Below, one piece after another: positions 35,937-45,304 of a stretch of DNA of 64,000 bases (its first letter is position 1; each line of letters begins with the position of its first letter). Position numbers and translations under genes: made by a program. The notes below the pieces were generated by a model, which made no database searches, had not been told where the DNA came from, and was given only the letters and a program-made list of their open reading frames with translations. Source of the DNA: Candidatus Omnitrophota bacterium (lineage in GTDB: Bacteria; Omnitrophota; Omnitrophia; Omnitrophales; Aquincolibacteriaceae); assembly GCA_903856085.1 (NCBI GenBank), contig CAIOAT010000038.1, positions 26,777-90,776 on the forward strand. Reading direction: 5' to 3'.

Positions 35937-37727
35937 ATGAATCTAAAATCCCTGTCCACGCGAACCTGTTTGCTCCTGATCCTGTTCTTCGGGATCGCAG
36001 CCTATTCCAACACCCTCACCAGCTCGTTCCAGTTTGACGATGTCCCGACCATCTTAGAAAATCATTCCCTTCAGCCTCTAAATTTCGGAAAACTTTGGCA
36101 TTTCCATCCCGTTCGATTCATCACAAATCTCAGCTTTGCCTTCAACCTCTATCTGGCGGGTTTCCAAACATGGAGCTTTCACATTTCCAATCTCCTCATA
36201 CATCTCTTCACTTCGATGATCGTCTTCCAACTCACACTATGGATCCTCAGAACCCCTTCCGTGGAAAATGAGATCCCATCTTCACGACAGCATCTTTTCG
36301 CTTTGATCACGGCTCTTTTATTTACAGCACATCCCTTGCAGACCGAAGCAGTGACCTATATTGTGCAACGCGCGACTTCGCTGGCAGCCCTTTTTTATTT
36401 AGCGGCGCTCTGGATGTATCTCAAGGCGCGTCTTGAAAGCCCGCGTCATTATCTTCTCGCCCTCTGTTTCACGGCAGCGGCCATGTTTACCAAGGAGATC
36501 AGTTTCACACTCCCTTTCGCCATTCTACTTTCGGAATTGTTCTTTTTTCCAATATCTGAAAAAGAACCCCTCAGTAAAAAACTCCTCTGCTGGACTCCTT
36601 TCGCAGCATTTTTGTTTATCATCCCGTTGCTTTATCTGACGAATGCTTACCTGCTTGTGGACGGAGGTGGATCCATTAACATCCTCCCAACCACTGCTAA
36701 CAACATCTCCAGGTGGGATTACCTCCTGACCCAGTTCCGCGTCATGAGAACCTATCTGCGACTTCTTGCTTTCCCGGTGAACCAATGCCTTATTTATGAT
36801 TATCGCTCTTCATCGGGCTGGGGAGATCCCGATGTATGGGCTGCGTTTTCATTACTCCTTAGCATCTTCCTCCTGAGCCTCACTTTTTTAAGAAAAAATC
36901 GGCTCATTTCCTTTGGTATTTTATGGTTCTTTTTGACCCTCAGCGTCGAGTCGACGATTATCCCCCTTCCCGATTTTATATTCGAACACCGCCTTTACCT
37001 TCCCATGTTCGGCTTTGCTCTCTTTTTGACATCTCTTTTATGGATGATCTCAAAATCTATCAAACTTTTTACGGCCATTTCACTGTCCGTCGTTGTTGTC
37101 TTTTCAAGCATGACTTATTTCCGTAATGAGGTATGGAAAAGCAAGGTTTCGTTAGCGCTAGATACCGTGAAAAAATCACCTCTCCTGGGCATCTCTTACG
37201 CCGGGCTAGCCGATGCCTATAGCAGAGAAACGGGAGATGATAAAACCGCGGCCACCTGTTATCAAAAAGCATTGGAATTGGGCTTTGCCACTCCTTGGGT
37301 TTATGCAAACTTGGCCGCCGTTTATTCCCGCCTTGGCGAATACGAAAAAAGCCTTCATTTTCAAAAAATAATCTCGTCATCTTCGGTTTTAAAAAAGAAC
37401 CTTTCCTTTTATGACAATCATGCCCTTGCTCTGATGAATGCCGGCAAGAACTCAGAAGCCATCGAGATGCTTAAGGATGACATGCGAATGAGTCCTGAGA
37501 ATCCTTTGCTATACATCCAGCTTGGAGAAGCTTATCGCCGAATACAACGAGGGGATGATGCCGTTTTTTCTTTCCGAAAAGCGATTGAGTTGGCACCGCT
37601 ATCCAAGGAAGGGTATCAGTCTCTCGCTCTATTCTATGAATCAAAAGGAGATAAACAAAAAGCTGTGGCTGTGTTGGTGGAATACTTGAAGTGCAAAAAG
37701 AAACACACACCTTTGTTTGGCGATTAA
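35937..37727 (+). CDS. TMTC-like GT-C membrane glycosyltransferase with C-terminal TPR repeats (paralog B, tandem duplicate of A)
   Basis: The first ~390 aa are about 90% identical to paralog A, including the 20 nt upstream (cagtgaacattgaggcattATG). The TPR region is diverged. The conserved tail is ..GDKQKAVAVLVEYLKCKKKHTPLFGD. Confidence 0.75.
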   Translation: MNLKSLSTRTCLLLILFFGIAAYSNTLTSSFQFDDVPTILENHSLQPLNFGKLWHFHPVRFITNLSFAFNLYLAGFQTWSFHISNLLIHLFTSMIVFQLTLWILRTPSVENEIPSSRQHLFALITALLFTAHPLQTEAVTYIVQRATSLAALFYLAALWMYLKARLESPRHYLLALCFTAAAMFTKEISFTLPFAILLSELFFFPISEKEPLSKKLLCWTPFAAFLFIIPLLYLTNAYLLVDGGGSINILPTTANNISRWDYLLTQFRVMRTYLRLLAFPVNQCLIYDYRSSSGWGDPDVWAAFSLLLSIFLLSLTFLRKNRLISFGILWFFLTLSVESTIIPLPDFIFEHRLYLPMFGFALFLTSLLWMISKSIKLFTAISLSVVVVFSSMTYFRNEVWKSKVSLALDTVKKSPLLGISYAGLADAYSRETGDDKTAATCYQKALELGFATPWVYANLAAVYSRLGEYEKSLHFQKIISSSSVLKKNLSFYDNHALALMNAGKNSEAIEMLKDDMRMSPENPLLYIQLGEAYRRIQRGDDAVFSFRKAIELAPLSKEGYQSLALFYESKGDKQKAVAVLVEYLKCKKKHTPLFGD

Positions 37728-38084
37728 GGCACAACGATTCCATCCCCTAGGAACCAGACAAGCAACGCTCTGATTTGGAATCGGAATTCATTTCTTCTTT
37801 ATTATATTGCCTCGTTATTGGAACGCTCCTTACTCACACCCCGACTCTTCTCAAACGTAATCCGTTTTTGAAACCCTCGGCTCAGCTTATGCTTATGGGT
37901 TTATATTCGGCCCGATTTTGGATTGTGCCCAGAAAAGTCTCCAGACAGACAACTCGAGATGCGGAAAAAAGAAAGATTTTTGAGCGCCTTGAAATGTATT
38001 ACAATTCCTAGAGAGGTCCATCTGGTTTTTTCAAAGAACTCCAGGAAGCCTTGCATAGCACAGATAACCAACTGGGGAGAACCA

Positions 38085-39503
38085 GTGCCGAAAGTTTTTT
38101 TTGCCACACCGCCTATCAGCATGGAAGAACGCTACGGTTCGCTAGCCGGGGCCGGAAGTTGCCTTCCCTCGCTTGGCATTCTTTTTCTTGCCGCGATAAC
38201 CCGAAAAGAAGGCTTCCCAACCGCGTTGGCCGATGCCTCGGCGCTCAGTCTCACAGGGAAGGAGTTACTGCAACGTGTTGAGTCTGAGCAACCCGATGTT
38301 CTCGGACTTTCAGCCACGACCTTTTCCATTTTTCATGCCGCCAAATTTGCGGCCCTGGTAAAAGAACGGTTCCCCGCCATGACCATCATCATCGGAGGCC
38401 CCCACGTTTCAGCAGCACCTCATGAAACGATGGAACGCTTTCCTGTTTTTGAAGTTGCGGTTCTGGGAGAAGGCGAGGAAACGATCATCGACCTTCTGGA
38501 GACTATGGATACCCATGCCCCCTTGGCGAATATACCGGGAACCATCCTGCGTAGCGACGGAAAATTGGTAACGACCCAACGCCGAGAGTTTCTAAAGAAT
38601 CTCGATTCACTGCCCTATCCAGCTTGGGATCTATTGGAAGGATTTCCAGAGCGTTATCGACCCGCTCCCTTCAAAGTACGCCGGTTCCCGGCCGCCTCAC
38701 TTGTAACCTCGCGTGGTTGTCCCAACCAATGCATTTTCTGCGACCGATCCGTATTTGGAACAAGTTGTCATGCCTTTTCGGCCGAGTATGTGACAGGGAT
38801 GATTCGTCATCTTGTCGAGCACTTCGGGATCCGGGAATTCAGTTTTGAGGACGACACCTTCATTACTTTTAAAAAACGTCTTGTGGCCATTTGTCAGGGC
38901 ATTATCGACCTTGGAATTGATATTTCCTGGACCTGCCTGGGACGGGTGAACGGTGTAGACAAAGAGACCCTGGAGTTGATGCGGCGGGCTGGTTGCTGGC
39001 AGATCAGTTTCGGTATCGAGAGCGGTTGCCAGGAGATCCTTACCACCATTCACAAGAACATCACCCTTGAACAGATTCAAAATGCCGTGGCCCTTTGCCG
39101 GAATGCAGGAATTCTCAGCAAAGGCTTTTTTATCGTCGGCCATCCGGGAGAAACACGGGAGACTCTGTCACGAACTATGGACTTTGCCTTAAAGCTTCCC
39201 CTCGATGATATCAGTGTTACCATGCTGACCCCTTTCCCCGGCACCGAGATATACGAACGGGCTGCGGAATTCGGAAAGTTTGACAGTGACTGGTCCAAGA
39301 TGAATCTGCTCAATGTCGTATTCATCCCACATGGACTCACCCGTGAGGATTTGGAAGAGTACCAGCACAAGATATTACGAAAGTTTTATTTGCGTCCGAG
39401 GATTATCTTGGGTTACCTTCGACGCCTTATTGCAAATCCTTCTATGTCAAAAGGGATACTGCTTGGAGCAAAGGCGTTTTTCCGCAGCGTCAATAAAAAA
39501 TAG
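38085..39503 (+). CDS. B12-binding domain-containing radical SAM enzyme
   Basis: A GTG start at 38085 is proposed (GGGGAGA Shine-Dalgarno, then VPKVFFATPPI...). The ORF-track ATG at 37923 adds an unlikely 54-aa extension. The cluster motif is CPNQCIFCDRSVFG. Confidence 0.7.
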   Translation: MPKVFFATPPISMEERYGSLAGAGSCLPSLGILFLAAITRKEGFPTALADASALSLTGKELLQRVESEQPDVLGLSATTFSIFHAAKFAALVKERFPAMTIIIGGPHVSAAPHETMERFPVFEVAVLGEGEETIIDLLETMDTHAPLANIPGTILRSDGKLVTTQRREFLKNLDSLPYPAWDLLEGFPERYRPAPFKVRRFPAASLVTSRGCPNQCIFCDRSVFGTSCHAFSAEYVTGMIRHLVEHFGIREFSFEDDTFITFKKRLVAICQGIIDLGIDISWTCLGRVNGVDKETLELMRRAGCWQISFGIESGCQEILTTIHKNITLEQIQNAVALCRNAGILSKGFFIVGHPGETRETLSRTMDFALKLPLDDISVTMLTPFPGTEIYERAAEFGKFDSDWSKMNLLNVVFIPHGLTREDLEEYQHKILRKFYLRPRIILGYLRRLIANPSMSKGILLGAKAFFRSVNKK

Positions 39504-39536
39504 CAATTCATAAATAGCGATGAGGAGGTTACCCGT

Positions 39537-40919
39537 ATGCATTTTGTCTTTGTTCAACCGCCCATAGGTAAGAGAGTAGTCAGTATAATACCCGCTTTAA
39601 GCATCCCTTACCTTGCTGCTATTGTGGAAGGAAAGCAAATTCAGGTATCGGTGGTTGCATCTGACGCTGAAGGTTTAAGCGTAGAAGAAACAGCGGAGAG
39701 AGTGATTGAGTTACGTCCGGATGTTGTCGGATTTTCAATTGGAACACTCGCTGCTCTTAATTCATACGAAATCGCCGGGCTGGTGAAAAAGAAAATTAGC
39801 GATGTGATAACTATTGCCGGGGGACATCATGCTACGATATTCCCGGAGGAGGTATTAACCAGCGGGATTGATTTTGTCGCAATTGGAGAGGGGGAAAAAA
39901 CGATTGGTGAATTTTCTGACTACCTCTTGAAAAATAAAAAGCTAGAAGAGGTTCGCGGAATTGCATATCGTCAGGGAGAGAGGATTAAATACAATGACAC
40001 CCAAACAGTCATTAAAAACTTGGACGATTTACCGCTGCCAGCATGGCATTTAATGCCAATCGACAAGTACAAAAGTGTCTTTCAAAAGACGCTGCGAAAC
40101 TTACCTATTGTGACATCACGTGGGTGTCACGGACAATGCATTTTTTGTTACAAAGGACTATTTGGAGATACGTTCCGAATGAGGTCGCCCAAAAACATTG
40201 TTAGTGAAATAAGATACTTGAAGGATAATTTCGGCATAAGTTCGTTCGATTTCATTGATGATCATTTCGCGACTATTCCTAAACGAGCAATAGAAATATG
40301 CGCATTGATAAAAAAGGAGGGGATCAATTTAGCCTGGGGACTCCCATCAGGGATACGCGTTGATGTGGTTACTGAGGAATTGTTAAACGCATTGAAAGAA
40401 GCGGGGTGCTATCGTATTGGATTTGGCGTTGAATCAGGAAATGACCGAGTGTTAAAAAACATCAAGAAAAATACTACGAAAGATCAAATTCGCAAAGCCG
40501 TACAATTGGCGCGAAGTATGAATTTTACAGTATATTGTTTTTTTATTATTGGCAATCTCGGCGAAACAGAGCGGTCGATTAATGACACCATTGAATTTGC
40601 TAGGGAACTTGACCCCGATATTGCACAATTCTCAGTAGCGGTGCCATATCCTGGGACTGAGATGTTTCGGATGTTAAAACAACAGGACAGAATTATCAGT
40701 TTTGATTGGAACGATTACGATTATTTTTCATCCGGTCGTCAAATTTTTAAACATGAGCATCTTGATTATCATGTCATCCAAAAAAAATACGCTGAAGCAT
40801 ACAGAAGTTTCTATTTAAGGCCAACGTACATCATAAAACAATTAAAGGCTTTAAAAAATTTAAACGAGATGAAGAAATTAATACAATCGTTTTTCCGATT
40901 ATTCGGTCTATTAAAATAA
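39537..40919 (+). CDS. B12-binding domain-containing radical SAM enzyme, AT-rich composition
   Basis: MHFVFVQPPIGK.., cluster motif CHGQCIFCYKGLFG. Composition and codon usage are visibly AT-richer than the flanking genes. Confidence 0.8.
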   Translation: MHFVFVQPPIGKRVVSIIPALSIPYLAAIVEGKQIQVSVVASDAEGLSVEETAERVIELRPDVVGFSIGTLAALNSYEIAGLVKKKISDVITIAGGHHATIFPEEVLTSGIDFVAIGEGEKTIGEFSDYLLKNKKLEEVRGIAYRQGERIKYNDTQTVIKNLDDLPLPAWHLMPIDKYKSVFQKTLRNLPIVTSRGCHGQCIFCYKGLFGDTFRMRSPKNIVSEIRYLKDNFGISSFDFIDDHFATIPKRAIEICALIKKEGINLAWGLPSGIRVDVVTEELLNALKEAGCYRIGFGVESGNDRVLKNIKKNTTKDQIRKAVQLARSMNFTVYCFFIIGNLGETERSINDTIEFARELDPDIAQFSVAVPYPGTEMFRMLKQQDRIISFDWNDYDYFSSGRQIFKHEHLDYHVIQKKYAEAYRSFYLRPTYIIKQLKALKNLNEMKKLIQSFFRLFGLLK

Positions 40920-41105
40920 TGCGTTGCAATGTTGTACTATTCTACGAGACGTCGATACATAGACATTTTTAAAGAAGTTTGTATAGCGCAAGAAGTCGGT
41001 AAAACGTCTTCTTTCGGCCCATAAAAGCATCGTTGCTGGACTTGAGCGTAAAGTTTTAGCGTACACAATGGATTAAATTATAATTAGCTCTATGAATCAC
41101 ATAAC

Positions 41106-42122
41106 ATGAAAACTTCGATTATCATCGTAAACTGGAATGGTAAAGAGTTTCTCCCTGAGTGCTTGGACAGTCTGCACACTCAGACGTATGACGACTTTGA
41201 AACCATCGTGGTCGACAATGGTTCGCGTGACGGCTCCGTGGAGCTGCTCCGTGGATCCTACCCTTGGGTCCGTCTGGTTCAACTGGATTCAAATACCGGG
41301 TTCGCAAGCGGCAACAATGCGGGGCTCTCTGCCGCTCGAGGCAGTAGGTACATTGTGACCCTCAACAACGACACCCGTGTGGATCGTCACTGGCTGGCCG
41401 AACTGACTGCAGCCGCCGAGAGTTCCCCTCAGATGGGAATGGTCGCTAGCCGCATCTGCGACTGGGACAACCCGGACCAGATCGACTCCCTTGGAATTGC
41501 CATTTGCCGCGACGGTATGTCCCGTGGCAGCAAACGGCATGCTTGTTTTTCTGCGCTTTCAATTGCCAAAAACGAGGCTATCCTCCTGCCCAGTGCCTGC
41601 GCCGCTTTGTACCGAAGAGAAATGATTAATGAAATTGGTTTTTTCGACGATGATTTCTTTGCTTATTGCGAGGATATTGATCTGGGACTGAGGGGCCGAC
41701 TGGCGGGCTGGCAGGCGGTGCTTGCACGCGACGCCATCGTGTATCATCGCTACTCACGCAGCGGCGGAGTATTTTCTCCCATGAAGCTGTACCTGGTAGA
41801 ACGAAATCATTTCTGGGTTGCGCTGAAATGTTTTCCGATTAATATGCTACTCACTCTGCCGTTCTGGACCATGATTCGCTATCTGGTGCAGGCACGACTG
41901 GTGTTGGAGGCAAGAGGCGCAGGAGCCCAGTTTCGCAACGCATCATCGGGCGATTTGATCAAGGCTGTCCTGCGGGGAATCATGGATGTAGCACGCGGAC
42001 TGCCGTCCCTCCTCCGCAAACGCCATGCAACACTAACGAAACAACGCCTTTCACCCAAAGAGATGCGTCAGCTTTTAAAAAAATATAAACTTACGTTCAG
42101 GGAGCTCCTCGATGCCGGTTGA
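41106..42122 (+). CDS. Glycosyltransferase family 2 (GT-A)
   Basis: SIIIVNWNGKEFLPECLDSL..TIVVDNGSRDGS..DDDFFAYCEDIDL is the DXD region. Confidence 0.8.
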   Translation: MKTSIIIVNWNGKEFLPECLDSLHTQTYDDFETIVVDNGSRDGSVELLRGSYPWVRLVQLDSNTGFASGNNAGLSAARGSRYIVTLNNDTRVDRHWLAELTAAAESSPQMGMVASRICDWDNPDQIDSLGIAICRDGMSRGSKRHACFSALSIAKNEAILLPSACAALYRREMINEIGFFDDDFFAYCEDIDLGLRGRLAGWQAVLARDAIVYHRYSRSGGVFSPMKLYLVERNHFWVALKCFPINMLLTLPFWTMIRYLVQARLVLEARGAGAQFRNASSGDLIKAVLRGIMDVARGLPSLLRKRHATLTKQRLSPKEMRQLLKKYKLTFRELLDAG

Positions 42123-42744
42123 CACGGGTTTGAACAAGGAAGGAATGATCTTTCAGCGGGATCAATACGCCAAGGGGGGCCTTGGAGTACGCTACTGGGA
42201 CTATCGCGATCGCAGCGCGCTTCAGCATGTCATCGGCAACGATATCCTGGATGCCGGTTGCGGCGAAGGGATTACCCTGGAAAAACTGGTGAAACTCTTC
42301 CCCAAGGCCCATGTGGTCGGCATTGATACTGAACCGGAAAATCTTGAGATCTGCCGCAAACATGGTTTACCCGCACAAGAGGGATCACTCTATGCTCTCC
42401 CTTTTGCCGATGCATCGTTTGATACGGTTCTCTTCTCCGAGGTAATCGAACACCTGGATACGCCGGAGAAGGCTCTGTCTGAAATTTTCCGGGTGCTACG
42501 CCCCGGCGGAAGGGTCATCATCATTTTCCCAAATGACCGCACTTTCTTGCTGGCACGTCTGGCAATAGGCATGATTCGCGAGGCATTCTATAATCCCGGG
42601 CATGTCCGGCAGTGGACGCCCCGTCAGATCCGTAAATCACTAAACGCCATTGGGTTTGTGCCGATTGCCGGAAGCAGCATTCCTTTTTTATTTTGGTCCA
42701 TAAGCTTACATCATATTGCGGTGGCCGAAAAAACCCATGATTAA
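42112..42744 (+). CDS. Class I SAM-dependent methyltransferase (Methyltransf_11-like)
   Basis: Motif I is ILDAGCGEGITL. Motif II is FDTVLFSEVIEHL. Motif III is LRPGGRVII. Confidence 0.75.
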   Translation: MPVDTGLNKEGMIFQRDQYAKGGLGVRYWDYRDRSALQHVIGNDILDAGCGEGITLEKLVKLFPKAHVVGIDTEPENLEICRKHGLPAQEGSLYALPFADASFDTVLFSEVIEHLDTPEKALSEIFRVLRPGGRVIIIFPNDRTFLLARLAIGMIREAFYNPGHVRQWTPRQIRKSLNAIGFVPIAGSSIPFLFWSISLHHIAVAEKTHD

Positions 42745-44110
42745 GTTTCTCTGGATCAATGCTATAGATTCCGCTTCGGAGGTTGAAACCCGATATCCTC
42801 ATTTGGGGATTGGCTACCTGGTTGCGTCACTCAAGAGATCCTTCGGAGATGATGCCTTTCTTTTCCAGGTTGTCAGTTCTGATATCGAAACGGCTCTAGA
42901 CAAATTCCAGCCTGACATCGTAGGGATTTCTGCTGTAAGTCAGAACTACGGACGTGCCATCCTCTATGCGGCCGAGGCACGACGACGGGAAATCCCAGTC
43001 CTTGTCGGCGGAGTTCACATCTCGTTTCTGCCCGAAACGCTTTCTCCCGATATGACAGTAGGCTGCATGGGTGAGAGCGAAGAAACTATCATCGAACTAA
43101 TGCGAATTTATCGTGAAACGCAATGTTTTGAACCAAAAAAACTGGCCTCCGTTGCGGGTATTATCTACCATGCTGAGGATGGCAGCCTCGTTACCACAAA
43201 ATCTCGCCCCCCAAAAATGGATCTCGATTCTCTCGCTATCCCGGACCGGAGTCTTTTCAAAGAATCATCGCATACGTATCTTTTTACTTCCCGGGGATGT
43301 CCGTACCGCTGCTCTTTTTGCGCATCTTCCCGCTTTTGGGATACGGTAAGATTTTTTTCCGCCGAACGGGTTATCCATGAGATCGAGGAACTCATGAAAA
43401 ACTCGGGCGTTACTTTTATCAGCTTTTTTGATGATCTTTTTGTTGCAGACAAAAAGCGTTTTCACAGGATCGTCGAGCTACTTGAACAGAAAAAGATTAT
43501 TGGAAAGGTCAAATTCTCCTGTTCTCTTCGGACCAATACCATCACAGAAGATGTCGTGGCCGGTTTAAAGCGCATGGGCATTGTGTCCGTCGGCATGGGG
43601 CTTGAATCGGGAAATCAAAGGGTGCTAACCTGGTTGAAGGGTGCCGGAATTACAGTAGAACATAACCGGCGCGCAGTGACATTGCTCCGGGCAAACGGGA
43701 TCATGGCAAACGCATCGTTTGTCATCGGCACTCCGGATGAAACGAAAAAGGAAATCCTGGATACTCTGCATTTTATAAAATCAGTTGGCTTGGGTCTTTT
43801 TGATGTCTATGTCCTGACGCCCTTTCCAGGAACCCCAGTATGGGAATCAGCAAAAAGCCGGGGGCTTGTCTCCGAGGGACCGGAAATGGACTGGAGCCGC
43901 TTGAATGTCAATTTTGAGGTTTCTCCTGACAAAGCCATTATCCTTTCGGAAGTCCTATCCCGCGATGAGATCGTGGAACTTTACGAAAAGTTTCGCCGGT
44001 ACCGTTTTCTTCACAATGTCGCCACGATCTGGCGGCATCCGATGCTCACGGACCTGCCCCGCTATGCCTTTAAATTGTTACGCGAAAAAATCCTGAGGGC
44101 CATACGATGA
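42737..44110 (+). CDS. B12-binding domain-containing radical SAM enzyme
   Basis: The start is reassigned to the ATG at 42737 (MIKFLWINAID..), which overlaps the methyltransferase stop by 8 nt. The cluster motif is CPYRCSFCASSRFWD. Confidence 0.8.
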   Translation: MIKFLWINAIDSASEVETRYPHLGIGYLVASLKRSFGDDAFLFQVVSSDIETALDKFQPDIVGISAVSQNYGRAILYAAEARRREIPVLVGGVHISFLPETLSPDMTVGCMGESEETIIELMRIYRETQCFEPKKLASVAGIIYHAEDGSLVTTKSRPPKMDLDSLAIPDRSLFKESSHTYLFTSRGCPYRCSFCASSRFWDTVRFFSAERVIHEIEELMKNSGVTFISFFDDLFVADKKRFHRIVELLEQKKIIGKVKFSCSLRTNTITEDVVAGLKRMGIVSVGMGLESGNQRVLTWLKGAGITVEHNRRAVTLLRANGIMANASFVIGTPDETKKEILDTLHFIKSVGLGLFDVYVLTPFPGTPVWESAKSRGLVSEGPEMDWSRLNVNFEVSPDKAIILSEVLSRDEIVELYEKFRRYRFLHNVATIWRHPMLTDLPRYAFKLLREKILRAIR

Positions 44111-44829
44111 ACAGCACAAACAACACGCGCTCCCTTGTACTGGTTCCGGCCTATAATGAGGCCGCGCGAATAGGCAGTGTTGTTGAAGGCATCAAGCATA
44201 TCGTCCCTGGAATGCCTGTGCTGGTGATCAATGATGGTTCCAAAGATGCCACTTCAAGCGTCGCCCGCACGTCCGGTGCGATCGTCATAACCCACCCCTT
44301 TAATATGGGATACGGTGTTGCCATCCAGACTGGATACAAGTACGCTCTTGCCAATAACTATGACTACCTTATCCAGCTAGATGCCGACGGCCAGCACGAT
44401 CCGTCCTGCATCCCGGCTTTGTTGGCTCCGGTGGTCAAAGGAGAGGTCGACGTTGCTATCGGCTCGCGTTTTCTTGGGAACAGCTATCGACCGCCTTTTG
44501 CGCGCAGGATGGGTATGGCACTCTTCCGCAGGATCGTATTTCTGGTAACGGGCAAATTCGTCACGGATACGACCTCGGGGTATCAAGCATTTAATCGCAA
44601 CGTGATACGTTTTTTTTCTACGGATATCTTTCCGGTCGATTATCCGGACGCCGACATGTTGATCACGCTTCACCGGGCAGGCTTTCGCATGACCGAAGTA
44701 CCGGTTCGCATGTTTGAAAACAGCGAGGGAAAGTCAATGCACGGCGGGTTTAAGCCGATCTATTATATGTTCAAGATGTTGCTGTCCATTAGTGTGACAT
44801 TCATGAGAGATAAGAGAAAAAACCAGTAA
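44107..44829 (+). CDS. GT2 polyprenol-monophosphate sugar synthase-like (DPM1/Ppm1-like, soluble)
   Basis: LVLVPAYNEAARI..VINDGSKDAT..QLDADGQHDP is the DXD motif. It has no TM helices. It overlaps the upstream gene by 4 nt. Confidence 0.75.
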   Translation: MNSTNNTRSLVLVPAYNEAARIGSVVEGIKHIVPGMPVLVINDGSKDATSSVARTSGAIVITHPFNMGYGVAIQTGYKYALANNYDYLIQLDADGQHDPSCIPALLAPVVKGEVDVAIGSRFLGNSYRPPFARRMGMALFRRIVFLVTGKFVTDTTSGYQAFNRNVIRFFSTDIFPVDYPDADMLITLHRAGFRMTEVPVRMFENSEGKSMHGGFKPIYYMFKMLLSISVTFMRDKRKNQ

Positions 44830-44880
44830 GACCCCCTGCGTTTGCGCCGCGGTGCAACCCTAGGGAGAAATGAGGAAACC

Positions 44881-45270
44881 ATGCTTGCAAGCCAAAGAAT
44901 CTTCGCTCTATTCATTTGCTGTTTTGTCTTTGCCTACACCCTGAATCTAGTGAGAAGGCGTAAACTTCGTGAAGAGTATTCCGTTCTCTGGCTTGCGACC
45001 AGCCTGTTGATGTTTATTCTTGTGATACGCTATGAATGGCTCGTAGCCCTCACAAGTTTGATCGGTGCGGGTTTACCGACCACCACTTTGTTCATCTGCT
45101 CGATCATCTTTCTTATGCTTGTAGCGGTTCAAATTTCCATCAAGATATCACACCTGACGGACCAGGTTAAAAATCTGGCCCAAGAAAATGCCCTACTTCG
45201 AACTAAAATGGATGCAACGTCAGCGGGCATGGGACACGGAGAAGTGAAAAACAAGCCTGTCTCTTTTTGA
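44881..45270 (+). CDS. DUF2304-like small membrane protein (usual partner of DPM1-like GT2)
   Basis: Two TM helices (IFALFICCFVFAYTLNLV, LVALTSLIGAGLPTTTLFICSIIFLMLVAV) precede a C-terminal amphipathic helix. The start at 44881 has a GAGGAAACC Shine-Dalgarno. Confidence 0.5.
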   Translation: MLASQRIFALFICCFVFAYTLNLVRRRKLREEYSVLWLATSLLMFILVIRYEWLVALTSLIGAGLPTTTLFICSIIFLMLVAVQISIKISHLTDQVKNLAQENALLRTKMDATSAGMGHGEVKNKPVSF

Positions 45271-45304
45271 TAAAAATAACATGCCCCGCGAAGGTTGAAG
45301 CCCC

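Noticed and set aside
37923-38084. 54-aa N-terminal extension of the second radical SAM ORF
   Set aside because: It has no similarity to B12-radical SAM N-termini. A GTG at 38085 with a good Shine-Dalgarno starts exactly at the conserved first beta-strand (KVFFATPP).
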